Below, one piece after another: positions 1 through 9,441 of a DNA stretch of 44,683 nt (the first letter of the stretch is position 1; each line of letters begins with the position of its first letter). The notes beneath the pieces were generated by a model. It saw nothing but the letters and a program-made list of their open reading frames with translations, made no database searches and had not been told where the DNA came from. The position numbers and the translations under genes were made by a program. The DNA lies in assembly GCA_016936905.1 (NCBI GenBank), contig JAFGWZ010000123.1, positions 1-44,683 on the forward strand. The letters run 5' to 3'. This DNA comes from Deltaproteobacteria bacterium (lineage in GTDB: Bacteria; Desulfobacterota; Syntrophia; Syntrophales; UBA6807).

Positions 1-369
1 ATATTGTTCGTCGATGATGAAATGTCCATCGTTGAAACGGGGAAACACGTCCTGGAAACGCTCGGGTACGACGTGACGACACTGACGAACAGCTCCGAGG
101 CACTTGAGCTCTTCAGGGGAGAACCGGACAAATTCGATCTGGTCATCACCGACATGACCATGCCCAACATGACGGGAGACAAACTGGCCAAAGAGATGCT
201 CCACATCAGGCCCGACATCCCCATTATAATGTGTACCGGGTACAGCGCATTGATAAATAAAGAACAAGCAGAGGCCATAGGAATTCGCGCCTATATCATG
301 AAACCAATTCTGAAAAGCGAAATCGCCCATGCAATACGAACGGTGCTCAGCCCGAGCGAACTGAGGTAA
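1..369 (+). CDS. C-terminal receiver domain, probably of a hybrid sensor histidine kinase (5'-partial)
   Basis: Frame is open from base 1 (ILFVDDE...), with DLVITDMTMP phosphoacceptor motif and KP motif; runs off the window edge. Confidence 0.8.
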   Translation: MLFVDDEMSIVETGKHVLETLGYDVTTLTNSSEALELFRGEPDKFDLVITDMTMPNMTGDKLAKEMLHIRPDIPIIMCTGYSALINKEQAEAIGIRAYIMKPILKSEIAHAIRTVLSPSELR

Positions 370-420
370 ACGTAGCATTCCCGCGGTTTTGCACAGGTTC
401 GTTGCCGGGCGGCATCTGAT

Positions 421-1242
421 TCAGGGTGCAGCCGGTTTTTTCCCCTTGCAGAGGATTAACGGCGTATAGGTAAACCGTCGTGTGTCGAGGAAAAATGCTC
501 TGAAGTCTGAAGTAAAGGCTTCGTGTCCCCCGGGGTATTCGGAGAAAAGATCGCCCAGCCATTTCTCACAGATTTCAACCTTTTTAAACCAGTTGAAGAT
601 ATCTCCGTCCTTGATGTTGTTTCCGTAAATCAAGTGATGTGCCTGCAGCTCCACTTCAATATCTTCATACCCCGTATCATAGAGGTAGGAATACAGTTTC
701 CGTCCCGCGTATGTATCGAAGTTGAATTCGCGATCCAATCTTTCCATCATCTTGGGCACGATTGCTGCGAGTGACTGCGGTAATTGGTAATGGCTGAGAC
801 AATTATAATCGAGGTCCAGCAAACACAGATGTCCCCCTGGTTTCAGACAGTCACTTACATTTTTAATGATATCGATGCTGCCGATACGGTGATATTCAAG
901 CACAAATCGTATCCATATCAGATCAAACGGGGGAAAGCCGTTCAGGGCTTCCCGCAGGTCATGGAAATAAAAGCTGATACCCGGCGTGCCGGAATAATTA
1001 TCGTTCGCATAGGTAATCCGCTTCTTTGAATAATCGACGCCGATAACACTTCCCCCCGGCTGAACCATTTCATTAAGAATCGATGTCGTCAATCCCGGCC
1101 CGCAGCCGGCATCGAGTATCCGCAATCCCGGTTTGACGCCGCACCACAGCGCTTGCCTTTTGACCGCTTCCCGGTCCGTCTTCGCTTCGAGGCGAATCGC
1201 TTCGTCTTCATTTTCCATTATGTAAACAGCTGATTTTTTCAT
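421..1242 (-). CDS. Class I SAM-dependent methyltransferase
   Basis: ILDAGCGPG motif I, VIGVD motif, LKPGG. Confidence 0.85.
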   Translation of the reverse strand: MKKSAVYIMENEDEAIRLEAKTDREAVKRQALWCGVKPGLRILDAGCGPGLTTSILNEMVQPGGSVIGVDYSKKRITYANDNYSGTPGISFYFHDLREALNGFPPFDLIWIRFVLEYHRIGSIDIIKNVSDCLKPGGHLCLLDLDYNCLSHYQLPQSLAAIVPKMMERLDREFNFDTYAGRKLYSYLYDTGYEDIEVELQAHHLIYGNNIKDGDIFNWFKKVEICEKWLGDLFSEYPGGHEAFTSDFRAFFLDTRRFTYTPLILCKGKKPAAP

Positions 1243-1303
1243 CTGGCCTTCTCATCCGCTGATGACGGTACCGTGGCTCATACCGCTTTCATGAAGCTAA
1301 TAC

Positions 1304-1463
1304 TGATGGTCTCGAAAAGTCGGAGTAATGTGTCATTTCGAACGAATGTGAGAAATCTGTTCAGTATAAAATGTTATATTTACAAGATTTCTCCCGGAGT
1401 TTATCCCGATAAAATCGGGGGAAATGACATGAGAGGCTTTTTTGACTTTTTACGAAGCCGTCA
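1304..1463. mobile_element. MITE-like element: imperfect TIRs enclosing a TGTCATTTCG...GAAATGACA palindrome
   Basis: TGATGGTCTCGAAAAGTC (1304-1321) vs GACTTTTTACGAAGCCGTCA (1444-1463); inner IR 1331-1429; related copies at 14621 and 34390. Confidence 0.7.
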
Positions 1464-2141
1464 ATACTGTTGTAAATAACTTTTTATATACGCGGCCACC
1501 TTTTCTTTTTTTCTGAAAATCCCGAAGTGCCCTTCGCAGAGGATATCCGCCTCGAGACTCAGGAGCTTATCCATGGAGCGTCTCCATGCGGCAATATCCG
1601 AGCGGAAGCTGGGCAGAAAGGGACCGTGGATATCTTGGCCGAACAACACCCGGATGCCTCCCCGATCAATATACAGGGACATCGAGCCGGGCGTATGACC
1701 GGGCGTATGCAGGCAATGCAGTTCCTCTTCACCGTACCGCAGTATCTCGTGATCGCCTTTAAGGCGCCGGTCCACGGGGGTAGGCGGAAACTCCGTGTCA
1801 TACCAGTTTGCGGCGGTCAAAACGGGATCGCCCTGTTCAAGGGCGTCGGCGTCGAGATCGTGGATTACCAGTTCGCAGTTGAATGTATCCCGGAAATACG
1901 GCGCCGATCCGATATGATCGATATGGCAGTGGGTCAGGATGAGCGTTGATATATCATGGGGGTCGAAGCCGGCAGCGATGATATTCTCCACCAGTATGCC
2001 GGTGCTTCCGCCGGCGCCGGCATCAATCATCACCAGGTCGCCGCCTATTTCCACAAGAAATGACGTCGCGTCTGAAGAATGGGAAATATTCGGTCCGCCG
2101 ATCATATACACGCCGTCGGTTATCTCTTCCGACTTTCTCAC
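1461..2141 (-). CDS. MBL-fold metallo-hydrolase
   Basis: THCHIDHIG, HTPGHTPGS, EGH motifs; GTG start at 2141 behind GAGGAGG. Confidence 0.85.
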   Translation of the reverse strand: MRKSEEITDGVYMIGGPNISHSSDATSFLVEIGGDLVMIDAGAGGSTGILVENIIAAGFDPHDISTLILTHCHIDHIGSAPYFRDTFNCELVIHDLDADALEQGDPVLTAANWYDTEFPPTPVDRRLKGDHEILRYGEEELHCLHTPGHTPGSMSLYIDRGGIRVLFGQDIHGPFLPSFRSDIAAWRRSMDKLLSLEADILCEGHFGIFRKKEKVAAYIKSYLQQY

Positions 2142-2154
2142 GTCATTCCTCCTC

Positions 2155-3081
2155 TCAAATGGCAAGTGTGCCGATCAGGTCGTTCACATCCCCTATCTCT
2201 CGCTCCACCAAGTAGCGCTCGATCCCCTCCAGAACATCCAGGGTAGCACGGGGATTTATGAAATTCGCCGTTCCGATCTGCACTGCCGTCGCTCCCGCAA
2301 TGAGAAATTCGAGGGCATCCGAAGCGGTGGTGATTCCCCCGACACCGATAACAGGAACGGATGCCACTCGGGCCACGTCCCACACCATCCTCAGCGCCAC
2401 CGGCTTAATCGCCGGTCCCGACAGGCCACCGGTTATATTCTTCAGATGGGGAACCCTCTTCTCGACGTCGACAGACATCCCCCGGATGGTATTGATTAAC
2501 GACAAGGCATCGGCGCCTGCTCCTTCCACGCTCAGGGCAATCTCCGCTATATCCGTTACATTCGGCGTCAATTTTACGATAACAGGCAGGTCCGTCGCCG
2601 CTTTGACGCATCTCGTCACCTCCGCCGCGTCCCCGGGATGGGCGCCAAAAGCGATGCCTCCCTTTTTCACATTCGGACAGGATATATTTATTTCAAGGGC
2701 ATCCACGCCGGCCACGCCATTTAAGTGCTCGGCAATGCGGACATACTCGTCAAGGGTCTCTCCGAATATATTGGCAATAACGGCAACACTATGCCACCTG
2801 AGGTACGGAAGCTTGTCCGCCACAAATGCCTTGACTCCTATATTCTCAAGACCCACTGCATTCAACATCCCTGCCGGCGTTTCCATGATGCGGGGAGGCT
2901 CATTCCCCGGTCTCGGCTCGAGCGAGAGGCCTTTGACGACAACGGCCCCCAGCCTGTCAAGATCGACATAGGGCTCGAACTCCTCGCCGTAACCGAATGT
3001 TCCCGATGCCGTCATAACGGGATTCTTGATCTCAAGAGAACCGATCTTCACCTTCATTACCGGGTGTATGACATTCTCCAC
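2155..3081 (-). CDS. pyrD: Dihydroorotate dehydrogenase class 1B, catalytic subunit
   Basis: [36 protein letters not shown]; adjacent to pyrK. Confidence 0.95.
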   Translation of the reverse strand: MENVIHPVMKVKIGSLEIKNPVMTASGTFGYGEEFEPYVDLDRLGAVVVKGLSLEPRPGNEPPRIMETPAGMLNAVGLENIGVKAFVADKLPYLRWHSVAVIANIFGETLDEYVRIAEHLNGVAGVDALEINISCPNVKKGGIAFGAHPGDAAEVTRCVKAATDLPVIVKLTPNVTDIAEIALSVEGAGADALSLINTIRGMSVDVEKRVPHLKNITGGLSGPAIKPVALRMVWDVARVASVPVIGVGGITTASDALEFLIAGATAVQIGTANFINPRATLDVLEGIERYLVEREIGDVNDLIGTLAI

Positions 3082-3085
3082 GGCT

Positions 3086-3928
3086 TCACCAATCGATCAT
3101 CTTACTATCAAAAACGGGTCCGTCTTTACAGACCCGCCCGTATCGGACAGGCCGGCCATCGCTTTTCATTTTTACCGAACATCCGAGACAGGCGCCGATT
3201 CCACAGGCCATCCGGGCTTCCATCGATACCTGACAGGGAACGGAATAATCGCCGGCCATGAGGGCCACCCTTTTCATCATTTCATAAGGGCCACAGCAGT
3301 AGAGGATCAAATCGGCGGTGTCCATTGTTTTTGAATTGTCCACGAAACAGTCAGTCACCATGCCGCAATATCCCTCTCTCCCGTCATCGGTACTTACCAT
3401 AACGGCGTCACACAGCTGCTCCATTCGCTCCCGCCCGATGAGGCCGTCGGCGGTCCTTGCTCCCATGAAACAGACGAGCCTGGGTTTTTCCTCACCATGA
3501 ACGTTCTTTTTATTATAGTACTGGGCAAGGAAATGAAGAGGCGCAATACCGATGCCCCCGGCAATGAGGGCAACGGTTCGCCGATCATAACGGGTGTCAA
3601 ATCCTTTCCCCAAGGGACCGAGAATCGTCAATTCGTCGCCGGACCCCAGGCTGGAAAGCAACCGCGTTCCATCACCGACAACCTGATAGAGGATCTCCAT
3701 CGTCGACGCTTCCCCCTCACGGTACAGTGAATGAATACTGAACGGCCGTGGGAGAAAGGGAAACTCCCTTCCCCGCACCCGCACCATGACGAACTGCCCC
3801 GGCATGGCCGACTCAAAGCCATGAGGCACCGTCACGGTCATGAGAAACACATCTCTTGTCATCGGGTGATTCGAACGGATGATCCCGACTATGACAGCCC
3901 GGTTTGATTCCATTGCCTTATCACACAT
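3086..3928 (-). CDS. pyrK: Dihydroorotate dehydrogenase electron transfer subunit
   Basis: [29 protein letters not shown]...CKDGPVF [2Fe-2S] motif; start uncertain. Confidence 0.93.
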   Translation of the reverse strand: MCDKAMESNRAVIVGIIRSNHPMTRDVFLMTVTVPHGFESAMPGQFVMVRVRGREFPFLPRPFSIHSLYREGEASTMEILYQVVGDGTRLLSSLGSGDELTILGPLGKGFDTRYDRRTVALIAGGIGIAPLHFLAQYYNKKNVHGEEKPRLVCFMGARTADGLIGRERMEQLCDAVMVSTDDGREGYCGMVTDCFVDNSKTMDTADLILYCCGPYEMMKRVALMAGDYSVPCQVSMEARMACGIGACLGCSVKMKSDGRPVRYGRVCKDGPVFDSKMIDW

Positions 3929-3946
3929 TACGATCGACCTCTGCCG

Positions 3947-4471
3947 CTATCCCTCGTCCTGTGGGTCTTTTGCCAGGTCCTTCCACATGATGAGGGCATC
4001 CTCCTCGGTATCCCGATAATACAGAGGGCGGACCCCTGTGAGGATAAAACCGAATTTCTCATAAAGCCCTATTGCTCCGATATTTGATCTCCGGACCTCG
4101 AGCGTCGCCCAGCGTGCGCCTTTTTTCGATGTCTCGGTTATCATATGCACGATAAGTATCGACGCGATTCCCTTCTTTCGATAATCGGGACGAACCGCTA
4201 TATTGCGCACATGTACTTCATCCCAGACAACGGAGAAATCTATGTATCCAACAATCCGTCCATCGATCGCAGCAACGAGACAAGAGCACAGGGGGGATTG
4301 AATTTCCTCCCTGAAGATATTCTCAGACCATGGTGTCGGAAATGACCGGTTTTCGATTGAAAGAACAGATGGAATGTCGCCAAGGTCCATCCATCTGATC
4401 TTCAAACTACCACCCAGCTCTCCTTTCCGCCGATCTTCCTTCTCTGTCCCTTGCTTCGGAACCACGTTCAA
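3947..4471 (-). CDS. rimI: Ribosomal protein S18 alanine N-acetyltransferase (GNAT)
   Basis: SFPTPWS, NIAV...RKKGIA, LEVRRSN, YY...EDALIM; start uncertain. Confidence 0.9.
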   Translation of the reverse strand: MNVVPKQGTEKEDRRKGELGGSLKIRWMDLGDIPSVLSIENRSFPTPWSENIFREEIQSPLCSCLVAAIDGRIVGYIDFSVVWDEVHVRNIAVRPDYRKKGIASILIVHMITETSKKGARWATLEVRRSNIGAIGLYEKFGFILTGVRPLYYRDTEEDALIMWKDLAKDPQDEG

Positions 4472-4483
4472 AAACCTCTGGTA

Positions 4484-5170
4484 TCACCATACCTGCATGA
4501 TCAGGGTGCCGAGCAGGAAAATACCGGAAAAAAGGGGAATTGCTCCCCGTAATTTCACCGTGGTGAGAGCCACGGCGACTCCCAGCACGGGGATAAAGAA
4601 ATACACGTATGTTAACACTTCCAGAAGTTTTCCCGGCATTCGTGTAAAGAGCGCCTGAAGGGCGGCAGTGCCGACTATCAGAGCGGCACATTGAAGAACC
4701 GCCATACTGACAAAACTCTTCAGAATCCCGAGGAGGTGATGCTTCGATATCCCCGCTGCATTTCCTTGCCGGGCGTCATAAACACTTGCTTCAGACAGAC
4801 GATCATTCGACCGGAACAGATAGATGTCAATCCTCTGGCCGACGATGCCGAGGGGTACAAAGAGCAACACCGACAGGGCGATTAACTCGGGATTTACCTG
4901 CCCGGCAGTGTTTCCCACAAGGATCGAACCTGCTGTCGCGCAAACGGCAACGATCGTGTCATTCGGCGGAACATAAACACCGATGGGCGACCGATCAATC
5001 CACAGGAGTTCGATGAACGCCCCGATAACAAGTCCCGTATATGGGTCGCTCAGAACCAAACCCGTTATGGGTCCCGCAATGATGGGACGGGAAAGCATGA
5101 TCTGCGCAACGATCCTGTCGAGACAGAGAACCGCGCCGACGAGCGACACTATTATAGACTTGATCACCAT
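4484..5170 (-). CDS. PTS mannose/fructose/sorbose-family IIC component
   Basis: LD...QIMLSRPIIAGPITGL...GL.IGA.IELLW, PIG...PP motif; hydrophobic; follows IIB. Confidence 0.85.
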   Translation of the reverse strand: MVIKSIIVSLVGAVLCLDRIVAQIMLSRPIIAGPITGLVLSDPYTGLVIGAFIELLWIDRSPIGVYVPPNDTIVAVCATAGSILVGNTAGQVNPELIALSVLLFVPLGIVGQRIDIYLFRSNDRLSEASVYDARQGNAAGISKHHLLGILKSFVSMAVLQCAALIVGTAALQALFTRMPGKLLEVLTYVYFFIPVLGVAVALTTVKLRGAIPLFSGIFLLGTLIMQVW

Positions 5171-5199
5171 TTGCTGTATTCGTCCCGACCTGGGCTGAA

Positions 5200-5688
5200 C
5201 TAGCTGTCTATTTTTTTCATGACGCTGATAAACTCAACGGGCCGATCTCTCGGAACACTTCTCAATTCTATATGCACACCCTCGCCTGCCAGAAATTCGA
5301 GATCTGCAATATCTTTCCTGTTTAAATATATTGAAGACGAGCAACAGACCCGGTCAGATTCGAAATGGATATTCCCGATGTTTAATTCACCAAAACGAAA
5401 TCCCAACCGGTAAGCTCTGTGAGCATCGGCGATATTCTGAAAGAGTATGATCGCCCTTTTCCCGTCATTGTCGCCGTAATGATAGTCACATGCAAATTCA
5501 TCGACACTGAACACGATGACTTCAATGTCGTATGGAACGGCCATTTTTATAACCGTTTCCCGAAAAATATCACCGGCAACCTCGTCGTCCACAACGACAA
5601 TCCGGGACACCCCGAGGAAGGGAACCCATCCTTCCAATATCTGTCCGTGAACAAGCCTGTTGTCAATACGCACAAATGTTTCATCCAT
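5200..5688 (-). CDS. PTS mannose/sorbose-family IIB component
   Basis: RIDNRLVHGQ phospho-His motif, LNIGN; start placed at MDETF (ORF-track extension to 5820 is unlikely). Confidence 0.9.
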   Translation of the reverse strand: MDETFVRIDNRLVHGQILEGWVPFLGVSRIVVVDDEVAGDIFRETVIKMAVPYDIEVIVFSVDEFACDYHYGDNDGKRAIILFQNIADAHRAYRLGFRFGELNIGNIHFESDRVCCSSSIYLNRKDIADLEFLAGEGVHIELRSVPRDRPVEFISVMKKIDS

Positions 5689-5821
5689 GTTAAGATTCAA
5701 CAAAAGCCAATCTCCCGACGACGTTTCGCTGTCTTTTTCTATTACAGCGCAGGCCCTGTTCTCATTATCGACGGGAATAATCAGGACGGCTCCATGCCGG
5801 TTCGCTTGAACGGCAGACAAT

Positions 5822-5850
5822 AAAAAGGAGCCGAGGTTTCATCGACTCCC
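5822..5850 (-). terminator. Putative intrinsic terminator between PTS IIA and IIB
   Basis: Minus strand GGAGTCGA-loop-TCGGCTCC followed by TTTTT. Confidence 0.55.
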
Positions 5851-5858
5851 TGCACAGA

Positions 5859-6272
5859 CTAGGTATCGTTCGTTTTCCTGTTTAAAATCTCACTTGCCAG
5901 GTAAATATTTTTCTTTCCATATGTCCTTATGAAGTCTGCGAAACCACGCAAATCCCTCTTGTTCTGCTCGTCAGGGATCTTAAGCATCATGGGCAGATTG
6001 ACCCCCGTAACCACCTCTACCTTTTGCTCCTTCAGAAATGAGAGTGATATATTCGACGGTGTTCCTCCGAAAAGATCGGTGAGTATCAGGACACCTTTCC
6101 CCGTTTCAACTTTTTTTATCGCCGCCGTTATTTCTTTTTTCAGATTCTCCACCCCTGTACTGGAATTGACCGATATGGCAAGAACCGATTTCAGTTCTCC
6201 CCGTATCAACTCCGCGGCCTTGATGAGCTCATTTCCGAGATTTCCGTGAGTGATAACCAGAACGCCAACCAT
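5859..6272 (-). CDS. PTS mannose/fructose-family IIA component
   Basis: VITHG phospho-His, LTDLFGGTPSN, VTGVNLPM. Confidence 0.93.
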   Translation of the reverse strand: MVGVLVITHGNLGNELIKAAELIRGELKSVLAISVNSSTGVENLKKEITAAIKKVETGKGVLILTDLFGGTPSNISLSFLKEQKVEVVTGVNLPMMLKIPDEQNKRDLRGFADFIRTYGKKNIYLASEILNRKTNDT

Positions 6273-6302
6273 AAGCGACTCCGTCAGAAGGATTAAGAAT
6301 GA

Positions 6303-6331
6303 AGGCTAATGAAATGGTCGTCAATTGTCAA
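6303..6331 (-). promoter_or_regulatory. Putative sigma70 promoter for the PTS operon
   Basis: TTGACA-N17-TAGCCT on minus strand, about 30 nt upstream of the IIA start. Confidence 0.55.
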
Positions 6332-6352
6332 GAATTTAAATGCATTCACGTT

Positions 6353-6513
6353 TGATAGTCTCGTAAAAAATCCAAATTCAGACGGCTTTGTAAAAAGGCC
6401 GAGATAAATCTCGAGGAATGAGGCATATTTATGGTAATTTGCAGAATGTATCCTCGCGAAAGCGGGGAAGAGATGCAGCGTAACGCAGAGATCGGACTTT
6501 CACGAAGTCGTCA
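6353..6513. mobile_element. MITE-like element with TGA...CGTAAAAA-type TIRs
   Basis: TGATAGTCTCGTAAAAAATCC ... GGACTTTCACGAAGTCGTCA, internal second TIR-like copy GACGGCTTTGTAAAAAG; core resembles the 39121 element. Confidence 0.65.
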
Positions 6514-6599
6514 TCTTTCATCCTTGACATTTTCTGCTCAATTGCCTTACATACATTGCTGTAAACTATCATACGTAATATGGGTGTTGCGTGAATGCG

Positions 6600-7043
6600 A
6601 TGAAACAACGGTGCCCTTTTTGTAACAACGAAATTGTCCGGTATCGAAATCCCATCCCGACAGTCGATATCATTATCGAGAGCGACAGCGACGGGATTAT
6701 CCTGATCAAAAGAAAGAATGAACCGATCGGTTGGGCCCTTCCCGGCGGGTTCGTCGATTATGGCGAATCCCTTGAAGACGCGGCCATACGGGAGGCAAAA
6801 GAAGAAACGTCCCTCGATGTGACACTCATCAGTCAGTTTCATACCTATTCGAATCCCGACAGAGATCCCCGCCACCACACGGTCTCCACGATTTTTATCG
6901 CCCGGGCAACGGGAAAAGCACGGGCAGACGATGATGCCGCAGACATAGGATACTTCACCAGAGATTCGCTCCCCGATCCGATCGTCTTCGATCATCGCCG
7001 GATCCTCGATGACTACTTTACGAATCGTTTCGATGAGAAATAA
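6600..7043 (+). CDS. NUDIX hydrolase (ADP-ribose pyrophosphatase-like)
   Basis: Nudix box [28 protein letters not shown] motif, N-terminal CPFC. Confidence 0.9.
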   Translation: MKQRCPFCNNEIVRYRNPIPTVDIIIESDSDGIILIKRKNEPIGWALPGGFVDYGESLEDAAIREAKEETSLDVTLISQFHTYSNPDRDPRHHTVSTIFIARATGKARADDDAADIGYFTRDSLPDPIVFDHRRILDDYFTNRFDEK

Positions 7044-7073
7044 CGTACGGACCGCCAACATAAGTGAGGTGAC

Positions 7074-7252
7074 AGTTGCTGTTTTTTCAGGATTCAAGGA
7101 ATCAAGGGGTCGAGGATTCAAGTGAAATGCCGAGAGAGTGCATATGGTTGATTTTTTTCATAGCTCATATTGAGTATGTATGAATACGTATCTTGAACCC
7201 TGGAATCCTTGAACCCTCGGATCCTCTTTTGCAACTAAATTGGAGAAGAACC
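7074..7252. mobile_element. Octamer-repeat hairpin element (MITE-like), inverted copy of 40108-40259
   Basis: GGATTCAA GGAATCAA GGGGTCGA GGATTCAA arm, complementary TTGAACCC arm, end GCAACTAAATTGGAGAAGAACC; arms are near-exact reverse complements of the 40108 element. Confidence 0.8.
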
Positions 7253-7275
7253 TAAAATTAAAAATGTATTTAAGG

Positions 7276-7303
7276 TTGACAAATGCCATTTTAGCCATAA
7301 GAT
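7276..7303 (+). promoter_or_regulatory. Putative sigma70 promoter
   Basis: TTGACA-N16-TAAGAT upstream of the 7337 gene. Confidence 0.5.
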
Positions 7304-7336
7304 AGTATCACGTGAATAAAAAGAGGAGAGCGCCCA

Positions 7337-7615
7337 TTGTCTGATTTGTATAAATGTAAAAAGAATAACTTTTTTATTGTCGACCCCTGTGACGACAAGA
7401 CCTGTGAATGGTGGCTTAACAACGAGATTTTCTGCAACTGCACGTGGGTCGCCTGTAATTATGGGCCGTTCACCCTTGAAGAAGTGGGGGAAATGATGGG
7501 TGTCACGCGGGAGCGAATACGCCAGATAGAGGCAAAAGCCCTGCGAAAGCTTCAGCACAAGAAGCGGCGAGATCAATTAAGAGATTTCGCAAAATCCGAT
7601 TATGACGAAGAATAG
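7337..7615 (+). CDS. Small protein: Cys-rich N-terminus plus sigma70 region 4.2 helix-turn-helix
   Basis: [29 protein letters not shown] closely matches RpoD region 4.2; six Cys in the first 40 aa; TTG start behind AGGAG. Confidence 0.85.
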   Translation: MSDLYKCKKNNFFIVDPCDDKTCEWWLNNEIFCNCTWVACNYGPFTLEEVGEMMGVTRERIRQIEAKALRKLQHKKRRDQLRDFAKSDYDEE

Positions 7616-7662
7616 AGGGTAGCAGGATCGACGGCATCGATTATAAGAGGCAGAAAATAATC

Positions 7663-8427
7663 CTATTTTTTCCGCTTTTTTAACGCTTCCAGAAATGTTT
7701 TCATGTGTTCTTTTCTTTCCGACCGCGAAAAGAGAAGCGCCGTTATCTCAAATTCATGCTCAAGGGCACTGTTCCGATCGAGACGGGGAACAATGTCGGA
7801 TAATCGTTTCACCGCCTCAAGCGCCTTGGCCGACCGCTTCGCAAGTTCTCTGGCAATGGCCTTCGCTTCCTCCATATAATAATCAGGGGAAACAACCTTG
7901 TTAGCGAGACCGATCCGCAATGCCTCCTGCGCACCGATCGGTTCTCCCAGCATGGCAATTTCTTTCGCCTTTGCCAGTCCGACAATCCGCCTGAGGGGAT
8001 CGAGCAGAGGATTCAATCCGAACTTCAGCTCGGGGTGACCGAAAATCGCCGTTTCCGACGCAATAATCATGTCACATACCGTCGCCAGATTAAACCCGCC
8101 TCCGAGGGCAATCCCTCCGACAGCGGCAATCACAGGTTTCTTAAAGCTGTATATCTTTTGCAGGTATGAAATCATGGTGGCGAAGTAATCGTCAATCTCC
8201 CCATCAGGCAGCGCCGCCATTTCCTTTATGTCCATGCCCGCGGAGAAAACATAATCACCACCGGTCAGGATAACCGCTTTCACTGATTCATCAATCTCGA
8301 GAACACGAAAACATTCTTCAAGTTCAAATCTCATCTCCACGGAAAGAGCATTCATTTCCTTCGGACGATTCAACGTCACGACAGCATACCCGTCTTCTCT
8401 TGTTACAAGAATCGTTTTATAGACCAT
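7663..8427 (-). CDS. Enoyl-CoA hydratase/isomerase family protein
   Basis: TLNRPKEMNAL, FSAGMDI, KPVIAAVGGIALGGG, FGHPE. Confidence 0.9.
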   Translation of the reverse strand: MVYKTILVTREDGYAVVTLNRPKEMNALSVEMRFELEECFRVLEIDESVKAVILTGGDYVFSAGMDIKEMAALPDGEIDDYFATMISYLQKIYSFKKPVIAAVGGIALGGGFNLATVCDMIIASETAIFGHPELKFGLNPLLDPLRRIVGLAKAKEIAMLGEPIGAQEALRIGLANKVVSPDYYMEEAKAIARELAKRSAKALEAVKRLSDIVPRLDRNSALEHEFEITALLFSRSERKEHMKTFLEALKKRKK

Positions 8428-8539
8428 AATTCAACCCATTCCTGCCCGGAAACATTATCGAGTATTTCCCCTCTCCACAACGATGGGACTTGAACTCTTC
8501 ACTGTTCCTTTTCTTCATTGCTTCAGATGAGGCAGCGCG

Positions 8540-9423
8540 TCAGTTCTGCCGGTAGAGGTACTGGATGGCCGGCTGCTCAGCCTTAAATTCTTCGAGAATC
8601 GTCTGCACCGTTTCCTGAAACAGATATCTGATAATCCCCGATCTTTTTTTCTTGGGATACACCATCTTCGGCTCACCGTCGATCCCCGATAACACCGCGG
8701 CCAGATGTATGGCGTGTTCCATATTCCCCAGATCGTCGACCAACCCCAGCGCAATGCCTGCCTGCCGGTAAATATCCTTCCATCGGCGATTGCTTCGATC
8801 TCAGCTTCCGGTTTATTCCTATTGAGGGATACGACACCTACAAACTGACTGTAAATGTCGTCGACGACGCCTTGAATCAATCTTTTCTCATCCGACGTCA
8901 TCTCACGGGTCGGCGACCCCGCATCTTTGAATTTGCCACTCTTGATGACGGTCGACTTAATTCCGATCTTATCCAGTAATTCCCGGACCTGGGGGAACTG
9001 GGCAATAACGCCGATACTACCCGTAATCGTTCCAGGATTGGCAACGATCTTATCGGCTGCGCTGGCAATATAATACCCGCCCGATGCCGCCAACGACCCC
9101 ATGGAAACAACTACTTTCTTGTTCTTCTTTACTTCCAGGACCTTGTCATATATTTCCTGGGCGGGCACCACTGACCCTCCCGGCGAATCGATCCTTATGA
9201 CAATCGCTTTGATATCGTCGTCCTGATCGTACTGTTCAAGCTGTTCGTTGATTTCCTTCGACTCGTCGATAACGCCCTTGATGATGACAACGCCAACCTT
9301 TTCATCCGATGAAATGACTTGCTTTTCACCGGTAAGCGACGCTACGAAATAGGTAACGACAAAAAAAACCACTCCTATAACCAGAACAAGCAGGAGCCCA
9401 TAAATAATCGGGTGTCTTCTCAT
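8540..9423 (-). pseudogene. sppA: Signal peptide peptidase SppA (36K type) with apparent 1-nt frameshift near 8752 (pseudogene or sequencing error)
   Basis: IDSPGG, SMGSLAASGGYY, TGSIGV, ADGRIFTGRQAL in one frame; the expected continuation LGLVDDLG is in another frame (ORF 8540-8743). Confidence 0.8.
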
Positions 9424-9441
9424 TGAGCGGAATCGTTCCTC

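Noticed and set aside
1273-1479. 68-aa ORF ending FFDFLRSRQYCCK
   Set aside because: Read-through of a MITE-like repeat
6429-7121. 230-aa minus-strand ORF
   Set aside because: Antisense shadow of the Nudix gene plus flanking repeats
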